From the NCBI RefSeq assembly GCF_006345805.1, contig NC_043003.1, positions 80,538,001-80,602,000 of the forward strand: a DNA stretch of 64,000 nt. Reading direction: 5' to 3'. The notes beneath the pieces were generated by a model. That model was not told where the DNA came from. It did no database searches and saw nothing but the letters and a program-made list of their open reading frames with translations. The position numbers and the translations under genes were made by a program. How positions within the stretch are numbered: the first letter of the stretch is position 1; every line of letters begins with the position of its first letter. Below are positions 63,452-64,000 of the stretch, piece by piece. This DNA comes from Octopus sinensis (taxonomy: Eukaryota).

Positions 63452-63800
63452 GGCAGTGAGCTGGCAGAATCCATAGCACGCCGGGTGAAATGTTTAATGG
63501 TATTTCGTCTGCTCCTACATTCTGAGTTCAAATTCCGCCTAGGTCGACTTTGCCTTTCATCCTTTCGGGGTCGATAAATTAAGTACCAGTTACACACTTG
63601 GGTCGATATAATCGACTAAATCCCTTTGTCTGTCTTTGTTTGTCCACTCTATGTTTAGCCCCTTGTGGGTAGTAAAGAAATAGTTATTTCGTCTGCCGCT
63701 ACTTTCTGAGTTCAAATTCCGCCGAGGTCGACTTTGGCATTCATCCTTTCGGAGTCGATTAAATAAGTACCAGTTACGGACTGGGGTCGACTGGTCAATC
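63452..63800 (+). mobile_element. Two adjacent SINE copies (one full, one 5'-truncated) of the 261-493 family
   Basis: GGCAGTGAGCTGGCAGAATCC... to GTAAAGAAATA at about 63680, followed by a second copy starting TATTTCGTCTGCCGCTAC. Confidence 0.85.
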
Positions 63801-64000
63801 CTATCATCAGAAATAAAAATAACTATTAAAATCTCATCTACAGTATAGTGCAGTAAACGAAAAGTATGACATTGCCTTAATCTCACAAAAACAACTTTGA
63901 CACAGGCGTATGGGAAGCAGAACGTAGCTGCAATACTCTCCCAATCCTCATTTGAGGACTGGGAGAGCATTGAATGTCGTGGAAGACAGAAACAGATGGG

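Noticed and set aside
7867-63970. The many YI/IY/HT/CV/poly-I/poly-N ORFs and SINE-derived ORFs in the track
   Set aside because: They are translations of (TA)n, (CA)n, (TAA)n and (TCTA)n microsatellites or of SINE bodies, not genes.

Overview
AT-rich, microsatellite-dense animal genomic DNA. The SINE families, Penelope-like elements and (TA)n density point to a cephalopod (Octopus-like) genome; this is inference, no search was run. (1) A string of short minus-strand exons with consensus splice sites suggests one unidentified gene with very long introns spanning about 62 kb to 3 kb. Five consecutive exons join in frame. (2) Degenerate transposons are present: Tc1, mariner, CR1/L2-type and Dong/R4-type LINE fragments, Penelope-like GIY-YIG remnants, a probable Helitron, and many tRNA-derived SINEs, three with intact TSDs. 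(3) The main result is a set of non-coding repeats carrying type I hammerhead ribozyme (HHR) motifs. The clearest is a near-identical 489-bp tandem array at 51257-54715 with seven complete HHRs in two head-to-head blocks, resembling a retrozyme or Penelope pLTR concatemer and predicted to give a 489-nt monomer or circle. Related HHR-bearing inverted insertions in (TA)n tracts occur at about 5.2-6.1, 6.5-6.8, 11.8-13.6, 13.9-14.2 and 33.2-34.1 kb. They show helix covariation and palindromic stem III. All structures were read by eye and catalytic activity is untested. Most ORFs in the supplied track are microsatellite or repeat artefacts.
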